Below, one piece after another: positions 63,096 to 64,000 of a stretch of DNA of 64,000 nt; positions within the stretch are counted from its first letter, which is position 1; every line of letters begins with the position of its first letter. A program made the translations under genes and the position numbers. The notes below the pieces were generated by a model that saw nothing but the letters and a program-made list of their open reading frames with translations, was not told the DNA's origin and did no database searches. The stretch is from Lingula anatina (Eukaryota > Animalia > Brachiopoda), in NCBI GenBank assembly GCA_051362555.1, contig CM120641.1, forward strand, positions 43,964,401 through 44,028,400, read 5' to 3'.

Positions 63096-64000
63096 TAATT
63101 GAATGGATATGACACGAGTCACTTCGTAAAAACTTCGTAACAAAGGAAACTGATTGTTGAACTTCGGAAATATACTTCTTATTTTAGTTTTAAATGATAA
63201 AATTCAAATTTTTGATTAAGAAAAATATGATAATTTGTTTTTGATGGAAGTTACAATGATTAAAATCATATAATAATGCTCACGTTTTACCTTTACATAT
63301 TCTCTTTTATCATCAAAGTATACCCTCTAAAATCGTTAAAAAACCGTTTATTATCTGTCATTCAGTTCTAGGTTTCTCATTTTCACCTTTCATCTTAATT
63401 ATTTTAATAGATTAACAGGCTTATGTTCATAGTGTACAGGTTCGGTGCCATCTATGATTTTTTAATTTACCCGAGATAATTTGGATGCAATTAAGCCGTC
63501 CTAGTCGTCCGAAAGGAAAATAAGTTTTAAATATTTTTAACATGTAAAAAATTATCCACGTTACAGTTCGAATATCATGTGACCAGACGCAATGTTGAAA
63601 ACATATGTCTTCTTCGTCGGCTATAGAACTATTAAATTTAATTGAAACTTAATGTAATTTGATAAAACCATGATTGTGGGAAACAAAATCTCTGAAAGAA
63701 TGGTAATATTTTTTTCTTGTGCTCGATAATGAAACTAAATCATTTTATTCACAGAGATATAAGGTACAGTATGTGTGTGTGCGTGTGTAAAATCCCCGGT
63801 AATTTCCCGTATTCAACGCAAGAACAACTTCTTTTAAAATTCACTTTGATACTGCTAAAAGGGCAAACAAACCTGTCTTAATGGCAATCACAGTCACATC
63901 AGTGTCTTCACGGACATTTCTTTATTACTATTTACATATCAAGCATGTGTAGATATCAGAGGAAGAGATATCATTTCAATTACAGTTTGCTGGAATTATG

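Overview
AT-rich, intron-containing animal DNA, probably a non-vertebrate; mollusc-like repeats hint at a lophotrochozoan, but the host is inferred. Left part: CCZ1 (minus strand, 3' end beyond the window) lies head-to-head with a MIF4GD/CTIF-like gene (plus strand) that carries an EJC-binding-motif-like N-terminus. Its 7.1-kb intron holds two antisense, tandem genes for small secreted coiled-coil + Link-module proteins, separated by a decayed Tc1 element. From 22.7 to 63.1 kb lies a four-gene cluster of Notch-ligand-like proteins: signal peptide, MNNL/C2 domain, no intact DSL domain, then EGF arrays encoded mostly by one large exon. One gene (minus) encodes a ~2783-aa type-I membrane protein with 62 EGFs in a 7182-nt exon. 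Three genes (plus) encode secreted forms, one of them frameshifted. The paralogs are mosaics of shared N-terminal, EGF-cassette and C-terminal blocks. Also present: a TIR-bounded but defective Tc1 element, several MITEs, a Helentron/HINE-like element and splice-junction tandem repeats. All gene models were built by hand from GT-AG sites and reading-frame continuity; family assignments rest on remembered motifs, not database searches.
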